Virus record (IMG/VR): IMGVR_UViG_3300045771_000049
Location: 64,001 to 128,000 of that record
Direction: 5' to 3' (one strand)
Source of the DNA: a virus
Lineage: Duplodnaviria; Caudoviricetes
DNA length: 64,000 bases
Shown here: in pieces, positions 18,952 through 29,167 of the stretch
Layout of the letters: the number at the start of each line of letters is the position of its first letter
Numbering within the stretch: position 1 is the first letter of the stretch
Program-made: the position numbers and the translations under genes
The notes under the pieces: generated by a model
The model's input: the letters and a program-made list of their open reading frames with translations, nothing else
What the model was told of the DNA's origin: nothing
The model's database searches: none

Positions 18952-19272
18952 CTATTTGAACGCACACCCCTCGACTTCGCCGGTTTGGTATTGATTGCAG
19001 ATCATGGTTTTCCTTTGCACCCCGATCGCCTGCCGCACCAGATTGGGCGTCCGGAGCGTGGCGGTCTTGTTTTGACAATCGAGTGTGAGACTGACGTGTT
19101 CGTCGTGGTCGATGCTGACATCCTGGATCGTACACGTCACCCCGGAGGCGATGATGGTGTGAGCGGCCGATGAGGTCATGAGCATGTTGGCCAGCACCGC
19201 GAGAACCAGCAGGGCGGCGAGCGCCGCATAATGCAGCACCAGCCTTGCGCTATCAAAGGGTATCAACTTCAT
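18952..19272 (-). CDS. membrane-anchored hypothetical protein
   Basis: N-terminal TM; four Cys. Confidence 0.5.
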   Translation of the reverse strand: MKLIPFDSARLVLHYAALAALLVLAVLANMLMTSSAAHTIIASGVTCTIQDVSIDHDEHVSLTLDCQNKTATLRTPNLVRQAIGVQRKTMICNQYQTGEVEGCAFK

Positions 19273-19762
19273 GTGCCGCCTCCACAAACTTGATTATGGG
19301 ACACAACCGCGCTTTGAGCGCGCCGTAATAGTCGCCGATCACCCGCCAAAATCCCGGCCGGGTTGGATCGACCGGTTTGGCTGGATGCGTCAGAAGGTAG
19401 GATTGCCGCCAGTGGCCGAGAGCGTTCAGGAGCAGGATCAGCCCGAAGAGCAAACTGCCGATGCCACCGAGCGTCAGGATCGCCTGGATCACCAACTGGG
19501 TGACATTGATGAAGCTGAACAAAATGAGCGGCAACACAAATACCACATAAAGCACATAGCCAAACACCGAGAGCGTCACCAGAAAAATCAGATTGCCCCA
19601 TACCAAGATGCGGAAGAAGTGGCACAAATCTGTGCCACGGGCATATTTTGTCAGGCGGGAACTCTCAAACGCCAGCGCGCGCTGGGTCGAACAAAAGCGA
19701 TCGATCACCCGACAGCACCAAAAGAACCATCGGACATACCACAGTTGGGAATGTAAGTTCAT
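19253..19762 (-). CDS. phage membrane protein
   Basis: DLCHFFR, 2-3 TMs, C-terminal YYGALKARLCPIIKF; start placed at MNLHSQ. Confidence 0.6.
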   Translation of the reverse strand: MNLHSQLWYVRWFFWCCRVIDRFCSTQRALAFESSRLTKYARGTDLCHFFRILVWGNLIFLVTLSVFGYVLYVVFVLPLILFSFINVTQLVIQAILTLGGIGSLLFGLILLLNALGHWRQSYLLTHPAKPVDPTRPGFWRVIGDYYGALKARLCPIIKFVEAAHEVDTL

Positions 19763-20089
19763 TGTCCCTCTCGATTTCCTGGTTTGAGCAGTGTCCCATA
19801 GTCGGTCCGGGCTGACTATCCAAAATAATTTTTGGTTAACCAAACAAACCTGTTGACAAACCCGTATAACGTGGTATTTTCGTTGCCAGTGAATGAGGTT
19901 GGTGTGATGAGCAAGCGCGAACAGGCAGGAGATGGCGGCGTTGCGGGAGGCTTTGGCGATCGCAACGTATTGGTCACCCGACCATAAACTGTCCGGCCTC
20001 GCAAGCGGGAAGTCGAGTTCAAAGCCAAAACCCAACTGGCTAGCCTGATCGCCACCAAAGACTTTCAACGCAATCTGGAGATCAAACCG

Positions 20090-20278
20090 ATGGCTAACAT
20101 GGCAGTTGTGACTTATCTTTCGCCCAAAGGTCGGAAGATGTCGCGTGATGTAGTAGATCACAGCTTCGCGGGCATATTGACGTACGCGCGCAAAGTGGCG
20201 CAGCGGCCTGGGGTGCGGAATGTCAAACTTTGGAGCCAGGGTGGAAAATTGCTCGCATCGCCCCGCGCCGTGCGCTAA
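20090..20278 (+). CDS. small basic hypothetical protein
   Basis: GGAG RBS; downstream of TTGACA at 19853. Confidence 0.5.
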   Translation: MANMAVVTYLSPKGRKMSRDVVDHSFAGILTYARKVAQRPGVRNVKLWSQGGKLLASPRAVR

Positions 20279-20311
20279 GTTGGCCGGATGTAATCACCAT
20301 GAGGCAAACCA

Positions 20312-20686
20312 ATGTGTTTGGTGGAGGGTGAAGATAACCCGCCGAAATTCTTCCGCGAACTGACCCCACTCGCCCACAAACAACACCAGTGCGGCGAGTG
20401 CGGCCGGGTCATCCAACCCGGCGAACGATATATCAGGGCGTCCGGCAAATGGGATGACCGGACCTCAACTCACAAGATTTGTGCCCATTGCCGGATCGCC
20501 GCCGAATGGCTCAACGAAGCCTGTGGCGGCTATCTGTTTGGCGCCGTGCATGAGGATTTTGCCGAGCATGCCACAGGTTCATTTTCCATGCTGCGTATCG
20601 TTGTCGGGTCCCGCCGCAGGTGGCGCAGCTTTGCCGATCCTGCTATACTCATGCCGATACCCGCTGAACCGGCATTGACGCCATAG
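20312..20686 (+). CDS. Zn-ribbon phage protein
   Basis: HQCGECGRVIQPGERY...KICAHC. Confidence 0.65.
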   Translation: MCLVEGEDNPPKFFRELTPLAHKQHQCGECGRVIQPGERYIRASGKWDDRTSTHKICAHCRIAAEWLNEACGGYLFGAVHEDFAEHATGSFSMLRIVVGSRRRWRSFADPAILMPIPAEPALTP

Positions 20687-20704
20687 TCCAATCGAGGGAA
20701 ACCG

Positions 20705-20830
20705 ATGGAACGCTACGAATTGGAAGAAAAGCTTGAGCAGATCATCGCAGCAAGCGGGGTATCAACCGAGGAAATCATCGAGACCTTGGAACGGATGCTG
20801 GAACGCTATAACGAAGACCTGGAGAGCTAG
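20705..20830 (+). CDS. small acidic protein, absent from the ORF track
   Basis: GAGG RBS; MERYELEEKLEQIIAASGVSTEEIIETLERMLERYNEDLES. Confidence 0.5.
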   Translation: MERYELEEKLEQIIAASGVSTEEIIETLERMLERYNEDLES

Positions 20831-21084
20831 ACATCTCGCTGCGACCGTTACACGGTGCAGAACGAAGGGAGTTGTCCGTTGACAACTGCAACAATCGATC
20901 GGCTTATCTATTTTCTGGAAGACACCGCCAATACTTTAGATCAAATGGCGCGCGACAGTCTGACCGGCGGCTGGTCCACCCATCAGGTGGATGCCCATCG
21001 GCGCTTGGCAGATGCCTGTCGCCGTCAAGCCGCCGAGGCCAAGTTTGGCAGATTGGGAGAGAACCCCTAACCAAAGGATTGAGC

Positions 21085-21360
21085 ATGCCTGACCGCAACC
21101 GGAGCGGGACGACGATGGAGATCAACGTTCCGCTCGTGAAACTCGTCGTGTCTACACACAGCTATACCGGAAGCGATCCGCAGACCCAACCAGGGGTGCA
21201 TATTCATGTCGATACCACCCCTGAGTCAGTTCTCTGCACCGGCGAAGATGGTGTGGCGTTTTATCGCTTCCCCATGGGCGTGATCCCGCGCGATCAAGTC
21301 CGCAGACTGCGCAATCTGCTGACCGAATTTCTGCTGGATTTTCCGGAGGAAGAAGTCTGA
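21085..21360 (+). CDS. hypothetical protein
   Basis: AAGGA RBS; 91 aa. Confidence 0.45.
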   Translation: MPDRNRSGTTMEINVPLVKLVVSTHSYTGSDPQTQPGVHIHVDTTPESVLCTGEDGVAFYRFPMGVIPRDQVRRLRNLLTEFLLDFPEEEV

Positions 21361-21490
21361 CTGAATGCCCCTGTAGTGGCCACTGCGTCGCTCGGATAGG
21401 CGCATAACTGGATATTGCTGGTCCGACTCCAGCCAGGGGCATGCGCAGCCGGGAGTTGCTGGGGCGTGAAGTTCATGCTAGCGAGCGAGC

Positions 21491-22859
21491 ATGAAACATT
21501 CAGTCCGGCCCATCATCGCGGGTATGGTTTTATTCTGTATCCCGGCCTTTCTCAATCGCTCCCCGCTGCTGTTTAGTGATAGCCGATCGTACTATATCGG
21601 CGGCAAAATGGTCCTCGATCGAGCCCTCAGCGTGGTGCAGAGGCTGCTCGGACGGACAACCCTATCGACCGAGGTGGTGGTCACCCACGCCAAAGCCGTG
21701 CGATCGATTTTCTATTCGCTGCTGTCCTACTTATTGGCCAGCAATATGACGTTATGGGCGATCATTCTGGTTCAGGCGGCGCTCGCGGCCTGGGTTATCG
21801 TCGCCACCAATGCCACATTCTGCCGCCCCGCCCGTTCGCTTCCCCTGCTGGTGTTTCTGACCGTGTTTAGCTCTCTGCCATGGGCGGTCTCGATGTTCAT
21901 GCCAGACATCTTCACCCCGTTAACCGTGCTCTCCTTGCTGTGTCTGCTGCTCGGGTGGGATGCTCTGAGTCCGACTCTGCGCAAGGGGTTGCTCGTGATG
22001 TTTCCGGCCAGCCTCGTCATGCATCTGACCAATCTGCCGATCGCCCTCGGGGTGACAGTGATGGCAGCGGCAATGCACTGGCGCTCGCTATGGGTCGAAA
22101 AGGCGCGGTGGCTCTCGGTCATCGCTGCGCTCTGTGTGGCAGTTCTGGCCATGCTGAGCGTCAGTGTCGTAGGCTTCAACAAATGGACCCAGGCCGCAAA
22201 ACCCGCCCTTCCTGCTGGCGCGGTCGATCGCGGATGGTCCGGCTAAACTGTATTTGCTGGAGCATTGCCCGCAAATCAAGCTGGTGATGTGCCAGTATCT
22301 GGATCGCCTCAACACGGACGCCGATGATTTCATTTGGAGCAGCAACGGGGTGTTTTCCAATGTCTCGCCAGAGGAACAGGATGCCATCCGCGCCGAGAAC
22401 GGGCCGATCGTGATCGCCGCCGCGCTCGAATATCCCTGGCTGCAAATCGAAGCCACCACATTCGATATCATCGATCAGTTGTTGTATTTCGATCTGCACG
22501 ATAGTCGGTTCCCCAATTCAGCCCAGATTACCCGCACCGAGATGACCAGTTCGATCGGACTGACCTATCCCGATTGGGTGTTCGCTTTGTCAGTGCTCGA
22601 TTACATCGTGGTGGCAGGGTCCTGTTTGACCCTGGCATGGCTCTGGGGAACCGGCGAACTCAGCCCGCAGATGAAGCAACTGATCAGTCTGATCATCCTG
22701 GCGGTGCTGCTAAATTCGTTTACCGGCGCCATCTCGCAACCCTCGGCGCGGTATGGCGCGCGGATCATTTGGCTGCTGCCGATGGTCGCATGGTTGGCGG
22801 CCGTCCGGGGAACTAGATTGCAGTTACAGAATGAGTTTCGCTTTGAGAACACCGGCTGA
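21491..22859 (+). pseudogene. polytopic membrane protein (possible GT-C-like glycosyltransferase), frameshifted near 22190
   Basis: PLLFSDSRSYY, MPDIF and MHLTNL in frame 1; PPFLLARSIADGPAKLYLLEHCP continues in the 22254 frame upstream of its annotated start; RYGARIIWL near the end. Confidence 0.7.
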
Positions 22860-22949
22860 TCGCGCTGCCGTCATGCTCGGGTTTAGCTGCGCGGTAGTTC
22901 ACGTGGACAATGCCGAGCATCCGTTCGGCCGGATGATAAATAGGTGGGT

Positions 22950-23498
22950 ATGCGCTACCATGAAATCATCACCAATTCTGTCACCGAAGCATTGGATCAT
23001 TCCCAGCGATTATTGTTTCACGGCACCACGTTCCTTCGCGCATCTGAGGTGATTGCTGATGACCAGCTAGATGCTCGAACCACCGACAATGCACGCGGCT
23101 TAGGTCATGGAACTAAGGGGGTCAGTTTAACGCGCTCGTACCAGTTTGCTACAAATTTCCGCTTGGCTCGTCGATCGGTGGTGTTTGTGCTCGATGGCCG
23201 TCATCTCGTTACGCAACCAGTGGCCTATTGGTCAGCCGAGGAGCGGCGCAAGAATGGTCGAGCAGATGAAATGGAGGAATACCATATCGGCCCAATCGCC
23301 CCTCTGTCGCGTTATTTGATCAGTATCAACAGCGTTGCATCATTCGATATGTGGTACAAGCAAGTTACTGATACCCCTGACAACCCGTATGAACCGGCAG
23401 AGAAAACCAATCTGGTGCGTCAGGCGATCGAACGAGGGTTTCCGATGGCCAAGAAGCTTTGGAACCGCTGGAAGCCGGTTCAAGGCGTCGCATCATGA
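22950..23498 (+). CDS. ART-like protein (LFHGT..GVSLTRS..EMEE) with leader
   Basis: TAAATA 22937-22942; MRYHEIITNSVTE; motifs as named. Confidence 0.65.
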   Translation: MRYHEIITNSVTEALDHSQRLLFHGTTFLRASEVIADDQLDARTTDNARGLGHGTKGVSLTRSYQFATNFRLARRSVVFVLDGRHLVTQPVAYWSAEERRKNGRADEMEEYHIGPIAPLSRYLISINSVASFDMWYKQVTDTPDNPYEPAEKTNLVRQAIERGFPMAKKLWNRWKPVQGVAS

Positions 23499-23878
23499 CC
23501 AACGACTCTCGCACCTGCTGGGCTGGTGGCGGCCGGAGCCATTGAGGTCGATCGGCGCGGCATCGCGGCTGTGATCGAGCGCCAACGCCCGGTCTGGATC
23601 GCCGAATATGAGGCCGCCCGTGAACGCGGCCAGGAGCGCCCCTGATGGCCCGACCGGATGACCGACCCTGTGATAGACAAACTGCCGCTTGACGTGCTTA
23701 ATAGAATCAGGATACATATACCGCCATGTTCACAACCTCACCCATGATTGCGCTCCGCAAGACGGCCAAAGCCGATGGGATTGTCGTGCGCGTCGTCCGA
23801 ATGCGACATCGTCATGTCGTCTAGGGATTGATGGCTGGTAGCGAATGCTGCCCGGCCCACCGATTCTAGATTGGTTAT

Positions 23879-23953
23879 GGGCGCGTAGTTCAGGGGTAGA
23901 ACGCCTGTTTTACAAGCAGGATGCCGGTGGTTCGAAACCATCCGCGCCTACCA
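23879..23953 (+). tRNA. tRNA-Val(UAC)
   Basis: Cloverleaf; anticodon arm CCTGT-TTTACAA-GCAGG; GGTTCGAAA T-loop; encoded CCA. Confidence 0.92.
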
Positions 23954-24030
23954 ATCCCCGAAATGTGGTTTCTTGTGAATAACAGGGCAGTGGTGAAGTT
24001 GTCGGCGACCGCACCTGACCAACTTTAAAT

Positions 24031-24102
24031 GGCGGGACTTCTCGGGAAGGGACGCGTTTCATAAGCGCATCTAGACCGGTTCGATGCCGGTACCCGCCAC
24101 CA
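24031..24102 (+). tRNA. tRNA with CAU anticodon (Met or Ile2), atypical D-arm
   Basis: GGCGGG/CCCGCC acceptor; loop TTCATAA; ACCGG-TTCGATG-CCGGT; CCA end. Confidence 0.7.
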
Positions 24103-24166
24103 TCCCTCAGAACAACCGGCTTGTTGGCGCGATAGATAGCGGCTCAACAAGCAAGGTTAGTCGTCC

Positions 24167-24466
24167 ATGAGTGATGTTCCCAACTATACCCATTATCTTC
24201 GTCTTGCCTTCACCGGATACTGGACCGACAGTTGTCCCTCGGCCGAGAAGTTCTACGTTTTGGGCAAAGCCCTCAACGTTACTCTGACCGATGTCTACGA
24301 ACTAGAGTCTGAAGTGCTTGGCATGATGACAGAATGGTACGGCGACCGCATCACCGAGGTCACCTATATCGGCCATATCAATGTCAGGTTGTCCGACACT
24401 GATGTGATCGACGAGGGTTGGTATGTGTTTGACCCAGAATCCATCCAGCCGCTGCCGGTGGGCTGA
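24167..24466 (+). CDS. hypothetical protein
   Basis: 99-aa acidic ORF inside the tRNA cluster. Confidence 0.55.
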   Translation: MSDVPNYTHYLRLAFTGYWTDSCPSAEKFYVLGKALNVTLTDVYELESEVLGMMTEWYGDRITEVTYIGHINVRLSDTDVIDEGWYVFDPESIQPLPVG

Positions 24467-24468
24467 GC

Positions 24469-24637
24469 GTGGCGAAGAAAAACCACAGTTCAGATTAAGC
24501 TGATCTCGACCGCTGATACCGGATACTTCTACGTCACTACCAAGAACTCTCGCAGCAAAGCGAACAAATTGGTGCTGCGCAAGTATGACCCGGTGGTCCG
24601 TAGACATGTCGATTTCAAGGAAACCAAAATCAAATGA
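24469..24637 (+). pseudogene. rpmG: 50S ribosomal protein L33 (Zn-free type) with a one-base insertion near codon 5
   Basis: GTG GCG AAG AAA then, in the +1 frame, [51 protein letters not shown]-stop. Confidence 0.9.
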
Positions 24638-24654
24638 TGAACGTGAACTAAAGC

Positions 24655-24740
24655 TGGTGGGGGCTGAGGGGGTCGAACCCTCACTTCCTAACGGAAACCT
24701 GATCTTAAATCAAGCGCGTATGCCTTTTCGCCAAACCCCC
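24655..24740 (-). tRNA. tRNA-Leu(UAA)
   Basis: Anticodon arm CTTGA-TTTAAGA-TCAGG; long variable arm; CCA. Confidence 0.9.
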
Positions 24741-24760
24741 TTTGAGGCTTCCAGATTGGA

Positions 24761-24848
24761 TGGTGTGGGCGAGAGGAATTGAACCTCCACGATCCTCTCG
24801 GACCAACAGGGTTTGAGCCTGTCGCGGCTGCCGTTACGCCACGCCCAC
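24761..24848 (-). tRNA. tRNA-Leu(CAA)
   Basis: Anticodon arm ACAGG-CTCAAAC-CCTGT; long variable arm; CCA. Confidence 0.9.
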
Positions 24849-24958
24849 ACAAAGAAAAACCCCCTTACCGATCTGGCAAGGGGGTTCGCCCGTCGCGTGG
24901 GATCGGTGATGGGGGTCAGGTTAAGCGTAAGGTGCGATGCGGGTGCATAATTCCGCTA

Positions 24959-26080
24959 TTATGTAGCAAACGCCACCAAATCATCCGCTGGAGTAGCCAG
25001 ATGCCCAAGTCGCTCGCGAGCAATATTAGCATAAACAGGGTTCAATTCGATCAGCGTCGCTCGTCTGTTCAATTCACCAGCAACCAAGCCGGTCGTTCCG
25101 GCGCCCCCAAACGGATCAAGCACCAACTCTCCTTCGGGACATCCAGCAAGAATGCAGCGCCGGGCTAATTCTGGTGGCATCGTGGCAAAATGTGCGCCGT
25201 GAAATGGCTTTGGGGCAATAGTCCAGACATTCCGACCGTTGCGTGTTACGTTGTTCAGAAATTCTCGGGTATATCCACCTAAAACCTGCTTTGCCTCGGC
25301 AGCAAGCTTCATCACTTCGGACGTGTTGTGCCCAAATCCGTCTTGCGTGATTTGAGACTTACCCACATCGGTAATCCCGCAGGCGCGTAGTGCAGCAAGA
25401 TGGGCTGATGTTAAACCGCCGCGCTCAGCCAATTCCAACGCCCGTCGCATTTGCGGCCGATCAATCACGGCAGATGGTTCAGCCAACGAATCGGCATCGT
25501 AATAATAGTGCGGACGTTTGGATAATAAATAGACCTTTTCGTGGGCACTGGTAGGCCGATCACGTACGGCTTCCGGCATTTGGCTGGTTTTATGCCATAT
25601 GATTTCGCTTCGTAAAAACCAGCCATCGGATTGAAGCCCAATCGCTACACGTGACGGAATCATCATCAGGTCTTTAGGCTTATAGCCGCTCGGTACGGTT
25701 TTTTCGCGTCGCTTACCTGTGACGTTGTCGATATACGCCTGTCCAGTCGAGTGAAATGCATCACTATGCGATGTGCCCTGCTTGCCGTGATGGGTCGCCG
25801 CATAACTGTCGCCCAGATTGAGCCAGACCGTGCCATCGTCACGCAACACGCGCCGCACCTCGCGAAACACGTCCACCAGTCTTGCCACGTAGGCGTCAGG
25901 TGTCTGTTCCATGCCGATCTGACCGTCAACTTGGTAGTCGCGCAGGCCAAAATACGGCGGCGAGGTCACACAGGTCTGAAAATGGAACTTAGGTAGTGTT
26001 TGCAATATTCCCATGCAGTCTCCGATATGGAGATGGATACTTTGAGAGTTCTGAAATTGTATAAGGTCATCTAATGGCAT
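24959..26080 (-). CDS. beta-class DNA methyltransferase (SPPY, probably N4-cytosine)
   Basis: TSPPYFGLRDY, GDSY, HFATMP, VLDPFGGAGTT. Confidence 0.92.
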   Translation of the reverse strand: MPLDDLIQFQNSQSIHLHIGDCMGILQTLPKFHFQTCVTSPPYFGLRDYQVDGQIGMEQTPDAYVARLVDVFREVRRVLRDDGTVWLNLGDSYAATHHGKQGTSHSDAFHSTGQAYIDNVTGKRREKTVPSGYKPKDLMMIPSRVAIGLQSDGWFLRSEIIWHKTSQMPEAVRDRPTSAHEKVYLLSKRPHYYYDADSLAEPSAVIDRPQMRRALELAERGGLTSAHLAALRACGITDVGKSQITQDGFGHNTSEVMKLAAEAKQVLGGYTREFLNNVTRNGRNVWTIAPKPFHGAHFATMPPELARRCILAGCPEGELVLDPFGGAGTTGLVAGELNRRATLIELNPVYANIARERLGHLATPADDLVAFAT

Positions 26081-26215
26081 TCAACTACTATAAAGGCTCT
26101 CTATTCTGTAAGACTATTTATTAATGACTGAATGGGCGGTTTGGTGGCGTTTGCTACATAATACCGCATAATTCTATATATCATCCTCAATCAGGTCTTG
26201 GAAGCCGCGACCTCT

Positions 26216-26611
26216 TCACGGTGTGAGAATTGCGGTGCTTCGCGCCGAGGTGATCACCCCGGCTGTGACCAAGGCGGCCATCCAGGTCGTTACGATCGGA
26301 CCGCTAATCAAATTGACCATGCCGACCACCGCGCCAAAGGTCATCGCCTGGGCGATGCTGGCGTTGGTAGTGGCGTAAGTTTCGATGGCGGATTGTTCAG
26401 CCGGTGTGAAGCGTGCCCAAAAATTAGCGATGGGAATGACCGTGGGCGGCGGAGGTGTCGGCATCGGATCAGGCGTATTCGGCACTGCCAGCCATGTTTG
26501 ATAATCCAGCCAATCCTGCGACGTGATCGGGGCCGGATTGTCGTAGATGTAAACATTGTCCGACGTGCGCAGCACGACAATCGAGATAGCCGTTAATTGA
26601 TAGAGCGCCAT
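26216..26611 (-). CDS. tail-fibre-associated protein
   Basis: Directly follows the fibre gene; DWLDYQTWLAVPNTPDP, FWARFTPAEQ. Confidence 0.6.
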   Translation of the reverse strand: MALYQLTAISIVVLRTSDNVYIYDNPAPITSQDWLDYQTWLAVPNTPDPMPTPPPPTVIPIANFWARFTPAEQSAIETYATTNASIAQAMTFGAVVGMVNLISGPIVTTWMAALVTAGVITSARSTAILTP

Positions 26612-26614
26612 GTG

Positions 26615-29116
26615 CTAGATTCCCAATGTCTGTTCGATCGACCGCAACCGCGCATCGATTTCTTTGAAAGCGTTCAGTGCAGCGAAGATCAGCGGTTTTT
26701 CATCAAAGCTAAGCTGTCCCGGCAACCGTGTCCGTTTGATATCTTCCGGCTTGTGCCCGTGGGAGATAGGATCGTCCGTGAAACGAACACATTCCGGCAC
26801 GAACGGTTGGGCCTGTTGTGCGGTGACACCGTGCCAAACCTTGTCATCCTTGGTGGTGCCACCCAGGCCGTTATATTCAAAGCTGACTGGCTCTAATTGA
26901 ATGATGTCGGCCAAGCCGCGTGTGTAAGGGCGCACGTTGCGTTTGGTTCGCTCATCCGAAATATTTGACGCAGACATCGTGCCGTAGACGACGAAATGCC
27001 CGCCAATGGCCTCGGAGAAATACAACGCCTGAACGGCCGGACTGGTAACAAAAAAGGCATAATTGCCGTTGCCCGCAACCCATTGATGCAACCAGTAAGT
27101 CTCATAGTTCATACTGCGATTGCCGTAACTATCAATGCCGAGAAAGAAATTGTTGGCTGCGGCATTGGAATAGAGTATCCCGTTCGCATATAGCTGGGTG
27201 CCAATAGTTGCAGTGGTGCCGACGTTGACGCTCTCGCCGACGGACATCTGGAGCGGAGTGCTCCATCCGGTCGTAGTACTCTCGGCTTGCAAGGTCAGAT
27301 TGGTTGCACCATAGCCCATGTAGCCCATACGGGTTCCGCCCGCATTGAAGAACCCGAAGTACCCCGTATCGACAGTGTTACCGGGGGTAGCCTGGAGGCT
27401 TCCCACGCTCGCTGCGGTGACGTTCACATTGGCGAATGTATAGGCTCCGCCCGTTTGGACAAAACTCTGCGGGTAAATCGTCGAAGCGATAAAGCCAACA
27501 TCGGTGGCATCAACGGTTACTTTGGCGCCAGTACCAGCCGTTGACCATCCGAGATACACCTTATCGGTGGTCTGTCCCGTGCCACCCCCTTGCTGGACCG
27601 GCGTGAAGCCCAAGGACGCCTGACGCGAGGTATCCACCGGATGCACATGATCGGCGGCGGCAAACGTGGTGCCCGAACCCACGGCAGCGGTGCTGTTGAT
27701 CAAGGGCAGGGCGGGGCTGATCTGGCCGAGAACAAAAGCTGTGGTGGCGATCTGCGAACTGGAATTGTTGATGGCGGGAGTGGGCGCAATGGCGGTGCCG
27801 GACAGTGCAATACCGTTATTTGCGGTAATCAAGCCAGTTGCCCGGTTGATCAAAAGAACTGGTGTGTAGAGAAACGTCCCAGCGTCATTGAAGGCATATA
27901 ATTCTAAGTTTGATCCGGCATTACTACCAGTTTCTGCTGTTGCATCCGCGAACAGACACCAGCGATTGAGACCGGCTGATTGCCACCAGACTTGGCGATT
28001 GTTACCAGTCGCCGCATCGAGAACCAGACTCACCGAGGCGGCAGTACTGCTGCCAATCGTGATGGTTCCAGCGGCCAGTAATGCGGCGATTTGGGTTGTG
28101 GTCAGGGCCGTGAAAGACAGTGCCGTGATGGTGAGATAGACCAGTGCTGTCCCGCTCAGGCTCAGCGCTGTTCCGCCGAGCGAGGAGGATGACACAGTGC
28201 GGCTCAGCGTTTCGGCGCCAGACGTATAGACACCTGTCCCGACCTCCCAAGCATTGGCGGTGTCTTGGATGGCATAATACACCGTGGCGCCCGAGGTCAA
28301 AGCCCCAGCCGTGACCGCTGCGGCAAAGCTCCGAAAACCCGCGCTTGCCGCACCAAGCGCAATCGTTCCGGTGCCGGTTGTTGCTGTTGCGACTGATACT
28401 CTATCTGCGAACTGAATTACAGGGGTCGGCAACGAATTCGAAAATGGTGCGGTTGGCGGTGTGAATGCGCCTGCATAACGGGCCACGCCGACCGTAATAC
28501 GCACTTCATCGATATAGCCGGGGAATGTGCCGTTGTTTGGATGGGTAATGCCATAGGTAGTATTGCCGATTACACCGCCTTGATTACTTGAATAAAATGC
28601 GCCGACGATAACTTGCGAGCAGAGGACTGCACCATTGACATAGACCCGAAGGGTGTTGGTTGCGTCGCGATCCGTCGCCACATGATACCAAGCGTTCAAC
28701 GATGGCGTATAGGCGCCGCTTGGTCCGGCGCCGTCATAACCACCCGTTGAATATGAGAAACCTATCGACCCGGCGAACCAGCCGAATAGCCAGCCATACT
28801 GACCGCCAACATCCCATTGGCTGATAATGGTATCAACACCGGAACCAGTGAATGAGGTGAAGTTGACCCACGCTTCAACAGTAAACTGACCAGCACCAAG
28901 ATAAGCATTTGATGCTAGTGATCCAAACTGAACACCCGTGCTGACAGCTAAACATCCTGTACCAAACTTAGGACTTGCGGTACTGATCGAATCCGTCCCG
29001 CTGTCTGGGGCGAACATCACCAAATTATTTGGAGAACTGTCGATAAAGGTCGTTGATCCGTTTGTGCCATCAAAATGGGCAAGCAGACTCACATTTGAAA
29101 AATAGGGATCACCCAT
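26615..29116 (-). CDS. tail fibre with N-terminal LamG domain and C-terminal peptidase S74 chaperone
   Basis: DPYFSNVSLLAHFDG..FTVEAW..GYIDEVRIT; IATTAFV; GFTPVQQGGG; SDERTKRNV; promoter 29149-29154. Confidence 0.88.
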   Translation of the reverse strand: MGDPYFSNVSLLAHFDGTNGSTTFIDSSPNNLVMFAPDSGTDSISTASPKFGTGCLAVSTGVQFGSLASNAYLGAGQFTVEAWVNFTSFTGSGVDTIISQWDVGGQYGWLFGWFAGSIGFSYSTGGYDGAGPSGAYTPSLNAWYHVATDRDATNTLRVYVNGAVLCSQVIVGAFYSSNQGGVIGNTTYGITHPNNGTFPGYIDEVRITVGVARYAGAFTPPTAPFSNSLPTPVIQFADRVSVATATTGTGTIALGAASAGFRSFAAAVTAGALTSGATVYYAIQDTANAWEVGTGVYTSGAETLSRTVSSSSLGGTALSLSGTALVYLTITALSFTALTTTQIAALLAAGTITIGSSTAASVSLVLDAATGNNRQVWWQSAGLNRWCLFADATAETGSNAGSNLELYAFNDAGTFLYTPVLLINRATGLITANNGIALSGTAIAPTPAINNSSSQIATTAFVLGQISPALPLINSTAAVGSGTTFAAADHVHPVDTSRQASLGFTPVQQGGGTGQTTDKVYLGWSTAGTGAKVTVDATDVGFIASTIYPQSFVQTGGAYTFANVNVTAASVGSLQATPGNTVDTGYFGFFNAGGTRMGYMGYGATNLTLQAESTTTGWSTPLQMSVGESVNVGTTATIGTQLYANGILYSNAAANNFFLGIDSYGNRSMNYETYWLHQWVAGNGNYAFFVTSPAVQALYFSEAIGGHFVVYGTMSASNISDERTKRNVRPYTRGLADIIQLEPVSFEYNGLGGTTKDDKVWHGVTAQQAQPFVPECVRFTDDPISHGHKPEDIKRTRLPGQLSFDEKPLIFAALNAFKEIDARLRSIEQTLGI

Positions 29117-29167
29117 TATATTCTCGTTTACTTCCCGAAGCTATTGAATATTTAGCCCATAGATAGT

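Noticed and set aside
23700-23875. Possible extra ncRNA upstream of tRNA-Val
   Set aside because: Only short hairpins with no recognisable tRNA or tmRNA features; probably the tRNA operon leader
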